Translations under genes and position numbers: made by a program
Source of the DNA: Thalia democratica
Taxonomy: Eukaryota
Direction: 5' to 3'
NCBI GenBank assembly: GCA_965202585.1
Contig: OZ241828.1
Span: 54,002,001 to 54,066,000, forward strand
Length of the DNA stretch: 64,000 bases
The notes under the pieces: generated by a model
The model's database searches: none
Told to the model about the DNA's origin: nothing
Seen by the model: the letters and a program-made list of their open reading frames with translations, nothing else
Part shown: positions 48,701-59,376 of the stretch, piece after piece
Layout: every line of letters starts with the position of its first letter
Position numbering within the stretch: the stretch's first letter is position 1

Positions 48701-51700
48701 CTTCCTGCACTTATACTTTTATTTTTTTGCATTGAAATGACAAGGTCGCTAGTTCACCATACTGTCAAGTGAAGAGGAAAGCGCAGTAGAAAACAATGAA
48801 GTAATAATTGTAAGCTGTCGCTCCAATCAAGCTTGATTTACTTATCTAGATTGCCGTGCAAAAAATAACTTCGCAAATGTTTTTATTGATTTGGGTTGAT
48901 AAAATAAAATTAATTAGTTAAGTTCGATTTGTTATATATATTTAGCAGCTCTGAAATGTTAACAATGATTTATTGCAATAATTATAGCTAAACATGATTA
49001 GATATATGTGATCATAACTTATCACAATTAAAAACAACTTTATTCGCAACTTATGATTAATGTGCTATAATAAATTTGTTTTAAACTATTAAGGAATATT
49101 TTAAAAGTCATAAGTTTACTTTTCTCATTTAATAATTAATACCGATTTACTCTGCTTAATCTTATAAGTAGACATTTATTCCGAGAACCTTTATGAATTA
49201 CGGTGTATACTTTGTTAATAGAATGATTAGTTAAAAAATTGCTTCACGTATAGAAACTAATTAATAAATGGAAAAATTATAACTTGATTAGCGTGAGAGA
49301 GTGTTGCTATAAGAGCGAACACACAACAAATTATTACTGAGTAAGCTTCACCATAAGCAGCTTTTAGATAAGGCTAACTAAATAGTGAATAATTGATAGT
49401 TTTCTGTTAGTATTTTAAAACTTTTTTGACTCTTAGCAAAACTTTTTAAAGATAAAGTTTAGGTTTTTTAACCTGATTTAACTTTAAGTTTTTTTTATTA
49501 AAGAACTTTTAAAATCGGTTGCAAAGAAATTGTTTTTCTACTGTTAAAACTACGGCATTTGAGTTTAAGCAATTTGCCACTTAACATTATCAAAGCTAAC
49601 CAAGTCAAAAGGTTACACCTTTAAAGATATATCTCTCTTTGACGTACTGTCCTCTAGCCAACATTAAAGGTCAAACGTAAAATATTTCATATTAGCAAAC
49701 ATACTTTTCTAAACTGTTTGTCATGAAATTTATCTACTTTAAAGAAAACGTTGTGACAAATGTACTTCGTTTTGACAAAATTTAAAGAGTTCATTTATAT
49801 TCAAAACGTTTTAATTTTAATCATTTTAACTTTTTTACAATGATGCGACTATTTTCAATATTTCTAAAGCTAGTAATAAAACGAAATTCAAAAAAAATAA
49901 ATTCAATAGGAAAAGTGCTGCACAAAGCAAGTGAGCGAACAATCTTGTGACGCAGGAATTCACGTTGCAAGAAACATGACGTCATGTGACGTAATGACAC
50001 AAAACAAAGACCAGTGTCAGAAGGACAATCAGAAGGTTTGTAGTAAAAACTTTTAATAAATAATACATTATTTTATAGTGCATTTTGAAATATAAAGGAG
50101 GATTACACTTAATTTTATGTTGTTTTACTGTTTTTTTTTGTAAAACATATTTGAGGACACTTTACAAAAGAAAAATGTTAATAAAGTATAGAAACTACAT
50201 TGAAACAAAAAAAAAAACAGTATTTTCTAAATGAAGTTTAAGCTTTAGTTTTAATTTACTAAAACTATCGCAAACATGAGTTGTTTAGCTATCATAACCA
50301 CTAAAAATAACGTTGAGTTTACCCGCGCTTGCACACATTTAACAAACAGCAAACACATATAAATGATAAACAGTTTATCGCTTAGCCTGTTTGTTTTGGA
50401 ATTACTCTAGCTTGTCTCTGATAAAAATGCTGCGGTGGTGTTAACTTGCTTGTTTACTTTAAACAAACCTCGTCAAAAATGCCAAGCATTTCAATCCGAC
50501 ATGTAAACATTCTCGATACAAACACGACTATTTTCTGCAGACGTGCTGCGACTGTTGCGCCCTCGGACTGAAGTCTCGAAACCTGGGGCTGAGCTGCGAA
50601 ATGCAAACTCTAGGTAAGATGCGATAAAACAAACAAAAACTTGAAAGTTAAAGTAATAAAAGTTAAAATAAAATTTAGGACAACCGTGCAGTATGGCTTA
50701 CACGAAATGCTGCAACAATGGGGAATACACTGAAGACGAACTGCAAGGTGTGTTTGTTGTTTCAATTAACCTATTTAATTTGGAACACAAAAGTTTTTTA
50801 AGGCTGAAACATAAATGAGCCTTGATCATTTTGATAACCTAATTAACTTGCCGTAAATTCTAATAGTTTTCAAGTGGTTTGCATTGTTTTCTTTCAAAGC
50901 TAAACGCTTACAAGTATTTTCTTCATACAGGCAACTTTGAGAATGGAACTGATGAAAAATTTTCAGACAGTGAGTAATAAAAATTTCACTTTTTGTTGTA
51001 ACTAACAAGTTATGTAAGAGAAAACATCGTTATTTAATTATTGTTTTGCTAAAAATAAAATATTGACTAACAAATTTTTAAAAATCTACCATTACTAACA
51101 AAAAAAAATTCAACTAACTTTTATTTTGCTTTGTATCTTACTTTCATTACCAAATATAGCATAGCAAATTTTAGATTTTCATGTGAAAAAAAGCTTATCT
51201 GCAGTAGAGATTTCAGCATTTTTGTATCCAAAAAGCTTCTTTATGATCTTTTAGCATTCAAGGGTGTAACTAATCTGGTATTAAATTATTCAAAGCTTAT
51301 TGAACATTAACATTTTTATGGCTATAAATACTAAGACACTTATGTCAAAAAAAAATTATTTAAGATATTTATATCTACTGTGTATTAAAAATTTAATCTT
51401 TAAAGATTTCATACAGCTGCTTTAGTTAACCCTAATTGCTTTTTAAACCTGTTGAAATCAAGCATGTAAATCTCAGGTTGCCATGAAAACAATTGTGATC
51501 ATGAGTGCGCCTATCGCCATAGCAATGGCACTTTCAGATGCCGGTGTCGTCACGGGTTTTATCTCCATGACGACAAAAAGACATGTCTAGGTGTGTGTAA
51601 GATAATTCGTTTATAAATTGTTACTTTGAAGTTCAACTTTCTGACAAAGAATTTAGCTTACTCTTACCAAATTTTCTTTTTATTTAGACCTGTTGATTTA

Positions 51701-54700
51701 ATTTAGCATGTCGTACATAGCTTATAGAAAGTAGAAAACAGCTTTTAGACATTAACGTTTTTGTAAAACTGTCGTACATTTTGATTCTATCTTTAAGACT
51801 ATTTATTTATTTTTTAAGCTCAATAAATTGTAATATTATCAAACCAAACATCACTTCTATACACCAAATATGTGTTGAACTTGTATAACATTAGTCTTTG
51901 GCGTTCATCTATTACAAAATGCTTGAACAAGTAATTTTTGCAACTCTAACTTAATAATTTTTAAATCTAAAAAAAAACTTTTAAAATATACTACTTAGTT
52001 TTCTTTTTTGTTCAGACACGAACGAATGTGCGCTGGGAACCCACAACTGCAACTCGGGAGAAATGTGCTTCAACACGGAAGGAGGATACGAATGCAGGAG
52101 GAGGTTGTCGTGCGGCACCGGCTACGTACTCAGCAATGACAACACTTGCGAAGGTAACAACTTTCAATAACTAGTATTAAAAAGTTCAAATAACATAATA
52201 TATAGTCTACCGAATCAGTTTCAGAATCACACAGTTACCTTACTTTTATTTGGATATTGACGAGTGAAGGTACACTTAAGTTATTGAAATAAAAAATTGA
52301 ATAACAAAAATTCAAGCAATTGGCGCAGCTAACACGGCCTTGAGTTTACTTTTCGAAATCACAATAAGTTTTTTATGTTTATTCTGTTTTTTTTTTCTCC
52401 AAATTTTTTGTTTTTCAGATATTGACGAGTGCCTGCTGAAGATAGACGGTTGCAGGGCGTCAACGACCTGTCTCAACATCGAGGGGTCTTTCAGGTGCGT
52501 GCCGAAGCAGTGCGGGTCCGGGTTTGTCACCGACGCCACCGGTGTCTGCATTGGTCAGTTGTGGATAATGCATTTTTATTAGTTTCAAGGTTGCAATTTA
52601 AACTTTTTGAAAAACATATTTATGGGAAAATTAATCTGAAGTCAATTAGTTATTTTGTTTGCATACGAAACTAGAACATATCGAGTCGAAAGCGCAGTTT
52701 TATCTTAATTCGGTGTAAACAAACGCGTTTTGTAAACATACCCAACATGCCTTCTTAATACGGTAATAAAGTTTACACATGTTTGTAATATAAGCCGAAA
52801 CAATAAAACTATTGTTTGTTGATATAAAAATTGAACTACTTTTAAAGTTTTATTTTAAGTATTCACGAGTAATAAAACAAACCAAGTTGATAGAGTTAAA
52901 AAGTTTGTAGATTTTGATAGCTCTATGCTATCTGTAAAAATACAATCAATTACATTTGACATTTTGAGTAATGGAAATTTCTTGTATAAAGATAAATTAA
53001 CATCGAAACGATAACAATTTTTATTTATCTTTTGATTTATCTTAACCTATTTTTACTCTCACATTAGTTTTAAATAAACTTTATATCTATTTATTGATAT
53101 AAATTAAATGTGAGCTTTTTAATGCTAGCTTTTAAACTTTATTAAAATTACTTAAACACATATAAAAAAACTTTTTATGTAGTGAAACAAAACTTACTAA
53201 ACGTAAAATACTCAAACAACTGATATCTATAACTTAAAGCAATCGCTTTTGTCGATAATAATAAAGGTCACTACCTAAAAGCAATAAATGCAAAGTTTGT
53301 CTTATGTGAAACATTTGCATTCGTGTTTAATTAATGTATATTTGTATCATTATTTTTTATATAGCCTGTAGACATTCAAAATTTTTGTTTTTTGTTTAAG
53401 ATTTCTGATTAATTTGTAAAAAAAAACATATTTCAGATTTTATTGTTCGAAAATTCTGTTTATTTTAAGAATTAAAAACTTTAAAAATAAGTAGATGTAA
53501 ATTATTTAAAAAGTTGTTTACAGCAAAATACAAGTTAATTTTTTTAACCAGTTTAATGTTGTTTTTGTTTTTTATTTCAAAATAGAATATGAAAAGGGTA
53601 AAAGTTTTTACAAACAATACAATGTTTGTACGAATCTAACCACTACTGTAGGTTTTTCTAATAAAAATCAAAAACAGTTCAAAAAGTTTGAAATCCATTT
53701 AAACAATTAGATACAAAAAACAAACGTCATACAGATTGTTAAGCGGTTTTGGTTTAAGTTTGATTAATTTTAACAAAAAATATATAACAAAAGAGACAGG
53801 TAAAGTTTTGTATCGAATATCAGCTCAGAACAGTTTGATATATTGTTTTAAATGATTGATAGAAAAAATTGTTTTTGTCTATTAGTCATCATCAAAGAGC
53901 TAATTGTAATGAACTGTAAAAATAAGTTTTCACAAACTATAAGATATATCTGCACAAAGTTAAACTTTGACTTAAATAATAAAAACGATGTTTTTTCTTG
54001 TAGTGTGTAAGTTATAAAAACCTGGTTAAAAAATAACTTATAGTGTTCGTAAAATTATCTTCATACTTTAATATATAAAGTATAAGTTTTCGATAAACAG
54101 CTCAAATTAAATTATTTTCAATTTAGAAAAAAATTAATTTGCGGCAAATAAGCTGAATCTAAAGCTCCATGCTAACGAAAAATTACTAATGGGCTATATT
54201 ATATTAAAAATACTTTTCTGGAGTAATGAATTATTAAAGTATAGCAACGAGGTTAATCTTATAATTGCGGTGTGAGATTTTTGCCTACATTTTGTCGTTA
54301 AAACAGCGCGCAGTACAACGAAGCATAATTATACACCTCAGTTTAACACCTACACCAGAGAAAAAAAAGGTGCAATTTTTTCTAAGAAAACTTACAATTT
54401 ACGTTTAGAATAAAAAATTTGGTTAAATTTAAGATCATGCCCAAAAAATTGGTTTGCAATAATGTACTTACAACTCTACACTTAAAAAACGTTCAGCATA
54501 TTACATTGTATTATGGAGCACAAATAGCTGATTTATTAGCAGGGAAACAACAAACTGAAATTCATTGCATAACACGAGCGCATTTTCTTTGTGGCTCTGA
54601 GAAATATTTAGACAAGTGCTGTCTCACCGCAATCATTAAAATTTGTGTCTGATTTGCTGAATTCCAAGAATATTTCAGAGCGCTTCGGCACCGCTGTATA

Positions 54701-57700
54701 GAAAAAAAAAACTTTTTCTTTTGCGACCTTGCAAAGCTGCACGCAAATTAAATGGTCGAGCCGAATGGCCGCCCGCTTACTTCTAAATCCCCTCCATTGT
54801 AGGCTGCATTAGCGTGCGGCGACCCCGAAATACCATATAAAGCTGGCCAGCAATTGTGGGAAAAGGGAGATACTCTTGCCCAGTGTTTTGCCTTGGAACG
54901 AGATCAAGATTTTTACAAATTAAAATTTTGCACTTTCACGTCTGAAAATAACTATTTTTTTAGGCCGATTGCTTTTTAATTAACACTAATTTACAAGCGA
55001 TTTCAAAGTTTCGGTCTGGTTTTAATCCGCGCTCCTTAAAACCTATCACGGCATTTTTGCTGCGTTAGTAAATTTGAAAACAATTTCGAACAAAATTGAA
55101 ATAAAAAACTAATTTGAAAACTAGTATTCTAATTTTAGGCAGCAAAAGTTTAAGAATTTTAATTTTGCAGACATCAACGAGTGCTTCAGCAGGGACTACA
55201 TCTGCCCGCCCACCGCTACCTGTGTGAACATGGCGGGAGGGTACGAGTGTCACTGCGAACACGGGCGCCAGCTCAACACCGCTCGCAACACTTGCGATGG
55301 TTAGTTTTGAAAACAAATTTTATTTTATCATACGAATGCATGATAGTTTTTTTAGTTAATTGACATTTTTTAAGTTATTTGTGATTTTAAAAGTTTAATG
55401 TGCTAGGCTACAAGAAGAATTTAGCTAAGAAATTGTATTTATATTTAAACATTGTTAAGAAACATCCATATTAGGTCTAAACTCTATCAGACTATTATGC
55501 TAGTTTGTGTACACAAATGTCTTACTCTTTCTACTTAACCTTTACTGATACATGATAATCAAAAAAAAATATTTAAAACTTCTAAAAGATATTGACGAAT
55601 GTGCATCGCCACTTCTGAACAACTGTGACGCATCAATCGAAGAATGCGAAAACACTGAAGGCAGCTACAAATGCAACAGGATTCCAAAATGTGACCCAGG
55701 ATACCAACCGTCTGTTTATAATGATACCATTTGTGTTGGTAGGTATAAAGTTTTACATAGACATGCTTTATAAAAATTGAACCAAGAACATAAAAGTATT
55801 AAGTATTACAATAACAGGGTTGTTTTTTAATAACATATGAATGTTTACTTAATCTTTTAGTCAAATAAATTCTTAATTTTATTAAGTTACACAAAACGAT
55901 TTTAAAGACGTAAGTTTTAATAAATTATTTTAGATGATAAATTTTAATTAGTTTGTATTTAAAATGTAAAATTAATAAATGCACTATAAAACTTACCAAA
56001 AAAAAAATTCTTACAGACATCGACGAATGCAATGAAGGGCTCCACAGTTGCCATGGTGACGCGTTCATCTGCGTAAACTTGGAGGGCACTTTCGAGTGCA
56101 GGGAACCAGCAGTGTGCCAGGTGGGCTGGAAACAATCTGAAGACTTACTCTCGTGTGTTGGTTGGTAACTTAAGCAACTAATATAAACATCCTTAAAATC
56201 TAACAAAGTATATAAACTCAATTTAAAATCCCTTTTCAGATGTAGACGAGTGTATGATGAACAGTTGCGGTCTAGGGGGTTTTTGCGTAAACAACCCAGG
56301 TTCGTACGAGTGTGTGTGCAATCAGGGGTGGCAGCTGAAAATAACTGATGACGGTTACACCTGTGAAGGTTGGGTTTTATCTGATAACTTAATCTCGCGT
56401 ATTTGTTTGTGTTCGCTTTTGATGCAGTAACATGAGAGTTAGCAATCAAAAAGTAGGCGATTGAAGTTTAAGGTGTAGCTATTCAAATTTTTTCTGTAGC
56501 CCAGATTTTATCAATAATTCGAAATAGCTGAAATATTTCTTAGAACATTAATAGACACTTTAGACTTTCACATATTTAAATGGGACGAATTCATATCCTA
56601 CATGCCTCATTACATTTTCTCATGCTATAAACATTCGATAGTAATTGCAACCCAAAAACTTTATAAAAACCGATAGAAAACCGCAACCTCAAATTAACAC
56701 ATTTACTTAAAAAGCAAAAACACAGGTGTTGAAAAAAATGCTTGATTAATTCCTTGACCGACTTATTAATAATCCCACCTGTACAGATATCCGGTTTAAA
56801 AGCCAATAAAGAATTAAAATACAAATACTTGTGTGTGCGTGTGTGGTAAGAACTTCAGTCGCTGTTTCAATCAATCTTAGTTTGTAAACACTTCTAAAAA
56901 GTATCCAAAGGGAACTTCTCAAAACTGAGCTGACGTATCAGAAAGTTTTTATATTTGTGTTTTTATCAAAACTTGTGTAAACACGAAAGTTGATTTATAA
57001 CAGCGCGCTTTTGACACGGGTCATTAAGAATTCATTGTAGAGCTGTCATTTGAAAACAAGTTTTTAAAAGTCTAAAAATATCATCTTAAAATAAATATGA
57101 CGCGAAGCGTCTATATTAGTGTGTTCAGATGCCTTCTTTTTTGTCAGCTAATCACAAAGCAAACAAAAAATTCAAAAGTTTTTTTTTCTTCTTTCAGATG
57201 TCAACGAGTGCACTTCGGATGAACTCAACCCGGATTGCCAGTACAACTGCGTGAACACTCAAGGCAACTATTTTTGCGAGTGCCCGACCGGATATTCATT
57301 GATAGGCGGAAACAAGTGCCAAGGTATTTTAAGTTTTTATTTTAAATATAACTCTAAGTTTTCTCTGTTCGTTTTTTTTTTGCGTTTTTAATGATTATTT
57401 ACTCCAATATATAAAGCTACATTACCAAAATATTTGGCTTATTTTAAGTATTTTTTCACAAAGCTTTGATTTTCCATGCTAAAAGATTCTTTTTATCAGG
57501 AAATCTGACACGGTCAACTTAACCTGCGAAGACTAACATCAAAAAACTTAAGCCTTAAAATAAAATAAAAAGCGCTGGCCACTTTTACATTAACCACCGC
57601 GTGTATTTTTTCAGACATTGACGAGTGCGCGCTGGGCAGGGCGACGTGCACCGACGACGAGACTTGCTTCAACACCAAGGGAAGCTTCAAATGCGTCAAC

Positions 57701-58810
57701 ATCACGTGCCCGGCCAACTACGACAAGCTTCCGAGAAGGTCAGTTTGTTGCGTAAGAGGATTGTGTGCGGATCGCTTGCACGCACGCACAATCCTTCCGA
57801 AATGTCACCCGTCTATTAACGCCAGATTGGCGATTAAAACGCCGGCTTAAAGTGAACACTGTTACTTAATTAAGCGTTTCCTTTAATTACTTTGTAAGTT
57901 ACAACTAGACGCGTAGGTGTGTTCAAACAACAAGCTGTTTTCAAAGCCGTCTTTTGTTAATTGCAGCTACTGCTACTTACTGCAAGTTTATTTTTACAAA
58001 TCGCTTTGACCTAGTAAATGTTAAGCATTTCAACATAGGATATAGTAATAACGGTTTAAATTGGTTTTTAACTTGAGAATTTTCTAATTAGCTTCAGCGA
58101 GCCAAAAGATTAAACTGATAGTTTCTTACTTCAGTATGCTGTTAACAGCTTTGTTCAAATGGTATTAAACAGTATTTCGATAAATTTCTAGGCAATAAAT
58201 TACTTATGCATTTTACAGTAAAAAAAAAAATCAATTAAATTACTTAAAAAATATTTTAAAAACATTATTCTCAAACCTTGCTTGTTTTCTAATGCTTAAA
58301 ATAAGAATTTTGTTAACACTAGTAGCACAAACACACCACCACGTTTTGCTGTTTTTTGCACACTTTTTTTTTTGTGACACTCACCGTTCACCACACAGGA
58401 GGTGCTCCCGCATGTCGTGCAGCAGTATCAGGAGCGTGGGAGCCGGCAAGAGGTACAGGAGCACGGAGAGAAGAAGATGCTCGAGGCTGCCCAAGCAGAT
58501 CGTCCACCACAACATCAGCCTGTCCAACAACACGCAAGCCAACAAACCTCTCTTCCGCATGCTGGCGTACAAGCACTCCTCCTCCTACCTGTCGCACCTC
58601 TTCGAGATTACCAGCGGCAACGACGACGGCGCCTTCGCCGTGGCAAAGACCAGGAAGGACGGTCGGATCGCCGGGATCGTGTTCCCGACCGTGGACCTGG
58701 TCGGGCCGAGGGACTACGAGCTGGAGCTGACGCTGAAGATGACCAGAAGGAGAAAGTACATCACCCTTGTGGCGAGACTGTACATATACGTGTCGGAGTT
58801 TGCTTTTTGA
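32845..58810 (+). CDS. FBLN2: fibulin-2-like extracellular matrix protein, long isoform (21 coding exons, 5997 nt, 1998 aa)
   Basis: Exons 32845-33757, 34475-34658, 34873-34965, 36148-36372, 36615-36712, 37201-39532, 41433-41590, 47548-47672, 49910-50035, 50541-50613, 50679-50747, 51477-51590, 52016-52153, 52419-52553, 55171-55299, 55589-55738, 56017-56160, 56240-56368, 57198-57323, 57615-57738, 58399-58810. All are GT-AG and the total is divisible by 3 with no internal stop. Domains: signal peptide, fibulin-2 Na motif (GCICQGYQSYDC...VPEGESYNVDGGSTVCNCPMGGGQILC), 3 anaphylatoxin modules, 9 EGF/cbEGF, and a C-terminal domain ending LYIYVSEFAF. Confidence 0.92.
34475..34658 (+). CDS. FBLN2: fibulin exon 2: Na Cys-rich domain
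   Basis: cag|EKQLN...EDCNNCPELKNCLNITDTDCCPKCEQYGCICQGYQSYDCIDNGY|gttagt. Confidence 0.9.
34873..34965 (+). CDS. FBLN2: fibulin exon 3: Na domain
   Basis: cag|KDKKVPEGESYNVDGGSTVCNCPMGGGQILC|gttcga. Confidence 0.9.
36148..36372 (+). CDS. FBLN2: fibulin exon 4: Na domain with insertion
   Basis: tag|RNDKFALKAYC...IKCMPVARGCYKTLMRYDGCEECLVFGCEMNGVKTKAGD|gtcggt. Confidence 0.85.
36615..36712 (+). CDS. FBLN2: fibulin exon 5: end of Na domain
   Basis: tag|RYQSDECTDCFCPDLGGEFVCRQKESCGQNKEQ|gtattt. Confidence 0.9.
37201..39532 (+). CDS. FBLN2: fibulin exon 6: 2.3-kb cysteine-free (Nb-like) exon with mucin-like repeat
   Basis: tag|DSMRNLGYESG...TEDQSS|gtatgt, inside the 814-aa ORF, no Cys. Confidence 0.9.
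38814..39143 (+). repeat. coding minisatellite (about 18-21-bp units) encoding (K-P-T-T-T-T-Q/R)n
   Basis: AAACCTACAACAACTACACAA-like units, about 17 degenerate copies. Confidence 0.9.
40715..41357 (+). repeat. recent intronic tandem duplication (2 units of about 310-335 bp)
   Basis: TTTTCAGTAAACAAAGCTGCC...ATAAACTTATAT occurs at about 40715-41048 and 41053-41357 with few substitutions and small indels. It explains the twin ORFs at 40869 and 41190. Confidence 0.9.
41433..41590 (+). CDS. FBLN2: fibulin exon 7: Tyr/Asp-rich segment
   Basis: aag|NSSLPDYPAYDQTDMNYQ...YSYQYHDYDAYYDDELPVDDA|gttagt, phase 2/1, GC3-rich. Confidence 0.82.
43400..44260. promoter_or_regulatory. CpG-rich intronic island, candidate internal promoter or enhancer
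   Basis: Abrupt GC/CpG enrichment without a credible ORF, about 2.6 kb upstream of the internal signal-peptide exon. Contains an ETS-like ACCGGAAA. Confidence 0.4.
46880..46937 (+). CDS. alternative first coding exon (signal peptide) of a short fibulin isoform
   Basis: gaaATG MKFVLFALLSLSVISARKL G|GTAAGA. The phase-1 donor matches the phase-1 acceptor at 47548 and gives a 683-aa product. Confidence 0.72.
47548..47672 (+). CDS. FBLN2: fibulin exon 8: anaphylatoxin module 1
   Basis: cag|SYEEVLNFCCQEGTKWGSSHSSCEGINLKVDVYSQVCSVVS|gttagt. Confidence 0.88.
49910..50035 (+). CDS. FBLN2: fibulin exon 9: AT1 end and AT2
   Basis: tag|EKCCTKQVSEQSCDAGIHVARNMTSCDVMTQNKDQCQKDNQK|gtttgt. Confidence 0.88.
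50541..50613 (+). CDS. FBLN2: fibulin exon 10: AT2 end and AT3
   Basis: cag|TCCDCCALGLKSRNLGLSCEMQTL|gtaaga. Confidence 0.92.
50679..50747 (+). CDS. FBLN2: fibulin exon 11: AT3 end
   Basis: tag|GQPCSMAYTKCCNNGEYTEDELQ|gtgtgt. Confidence 0.9.
51477..51590 (+). CDS. FBLN2: fibulin exon 12: EGF 1
   Basis: GCHENNCDHECAYRHSNGTFRCRCRHGFYLHDDKKTCL, phase 1/1. Confidence 0.9.
   Translation, partial: VAMKTIVIMSAPIAIAMALSDAGVVTGFISMTTKRHV
52016..52153 (+). CDS. FBLN2: fibulin exon 13: cbEGF
   Basis: DTNECALGTHNCNSGEMCFNTEGGYEC...TCE. Confidence 0.93.
52419..52553 (+). CDS. FBLN2: fibulin exon 14: cbEGF
   Basis: DIDECLLKIDGCRASTTCLNIEGSFRC...GVCI. Confidence 0.93.
55171..55299 (+). CDS. FBLN2: fibulin exon 15: cbEGF
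   Basis: DINECFSRDYICPPTATCVNMAGGYECHC...TCD. Confidence 0.93.
55589..55738 (+). CDS. FBLN2: fibulin exon 16: cbEGF
   Basis: DIDECASPLLNNCDASIEECENTEGSYKC...ICV. Confidence 0.92.
56017..56160 (+). CDS. FBLN2: fibulin exon 17: cbEGF
   Basis: DIDECNEGLHSCHGDAFICVNLEGTFEC...SCV. Confidence 0.92.
56240..56368 (+). CDS. FBLN2: fibulin exon 18: cbEGF
   Basis: DVDECMMNSCGLGGFCVNNPGSYECVC...TCE. Confidence 0.93.
57198..57323 (+). CDS. FBLN2: fibulin exon 19: cbEGF
   Basis: DVNECTSDELNPDCQYNCVNTQGNYFCECPTGY...KCQ. Confidence 0.93.
57615..57738 (+). CDS. FBLN2: fibulin exon 20: last cbEGF
   Basis: DIDECALGRATCTDDETCFNTKGSFKCVNITCPANYDKLPR|gtcagt, phase 1/2. Confidence 0.93.
58399..58810 (+). CDS. 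FBLN2: fibulin exon 21: C-terminal fibulin domain III
   Basis: cag|RRCSRMSC...FEITSGNDDGAFAV...VGPRDYELELTLKM...LYIYVSEFAF*. Confidence 0.93.
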
Positions 58811-59174
58811 TCAGGGCCGCTGAAATGATTTTTTTTTCGAATGCAAAGATGGACAGTTGGATGGGCCGCAGGATTGGAAAAAGGCACTTTTGGGTGCAAG
58901 TGTGAATGAAATTGACTTTAGAGACACGTTTTTGTGTGACTAACAGTTTTGATTTTTTATTTTTTTTCAAATTTTAGATCTAACAAACAAAAATTGTTAA
59001 GTATTTTATAAACAAGCTGCTTTTATTTTTTTGTTACTAACATTATTTATAACTTATAAAGCTTTAAATTTTTTGTATAAATGACAAAAAATATTTTTTT
59101 AGCTACTGCCAACTGTTTTTTTTAATGTTCAACGCTCAGTTTTCACACTGAAAAGTTTAGTTTACAATTTCTCT

Positions 59175-59376
59175 AATAAACTTTTAATAATCTATAAATA
59201 ACGCATTATATCATCGTAAAGTTTTCATAAAAGCTTTTAAGAAATACTGCCTTGAACAATGTTTAATGAAGTATTAACAATTATTGAAACGTTTTTTAAG
59301 AGCATTCACAAACGTGTTTTGAAATGCTCACAAAAGTTACTTTGTTTTGTGGATGCGCGGTTAATGCATAAATAAA
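59175..59376 (+). terminator. candidate polyadenylation signals of the fibulin gene
   Basis: AATAAA at 59175-59180 and 59371-59376, downstream of the stop at 58810. Low specificity in AT-rich DNA. Confidence 0.3.

Noticed and set aside
48420-48720. GC-rich block first considered as the missing AT2 exon or a pseudo-exon (fragments such as LYKQH and NENESCS)
   Set aside because: No frame is open between usable splice sites, and the true AT2 exon was found at 49910-50035. Kept only as candidate regulatory DNA.
58356-58905. Alternative-frame ORFs (124 and 167 aa) over the last fibulin exon
   Set aside because: Only the frame ending VSEFAF* matches the fibulin domain and the phase-2 splice.
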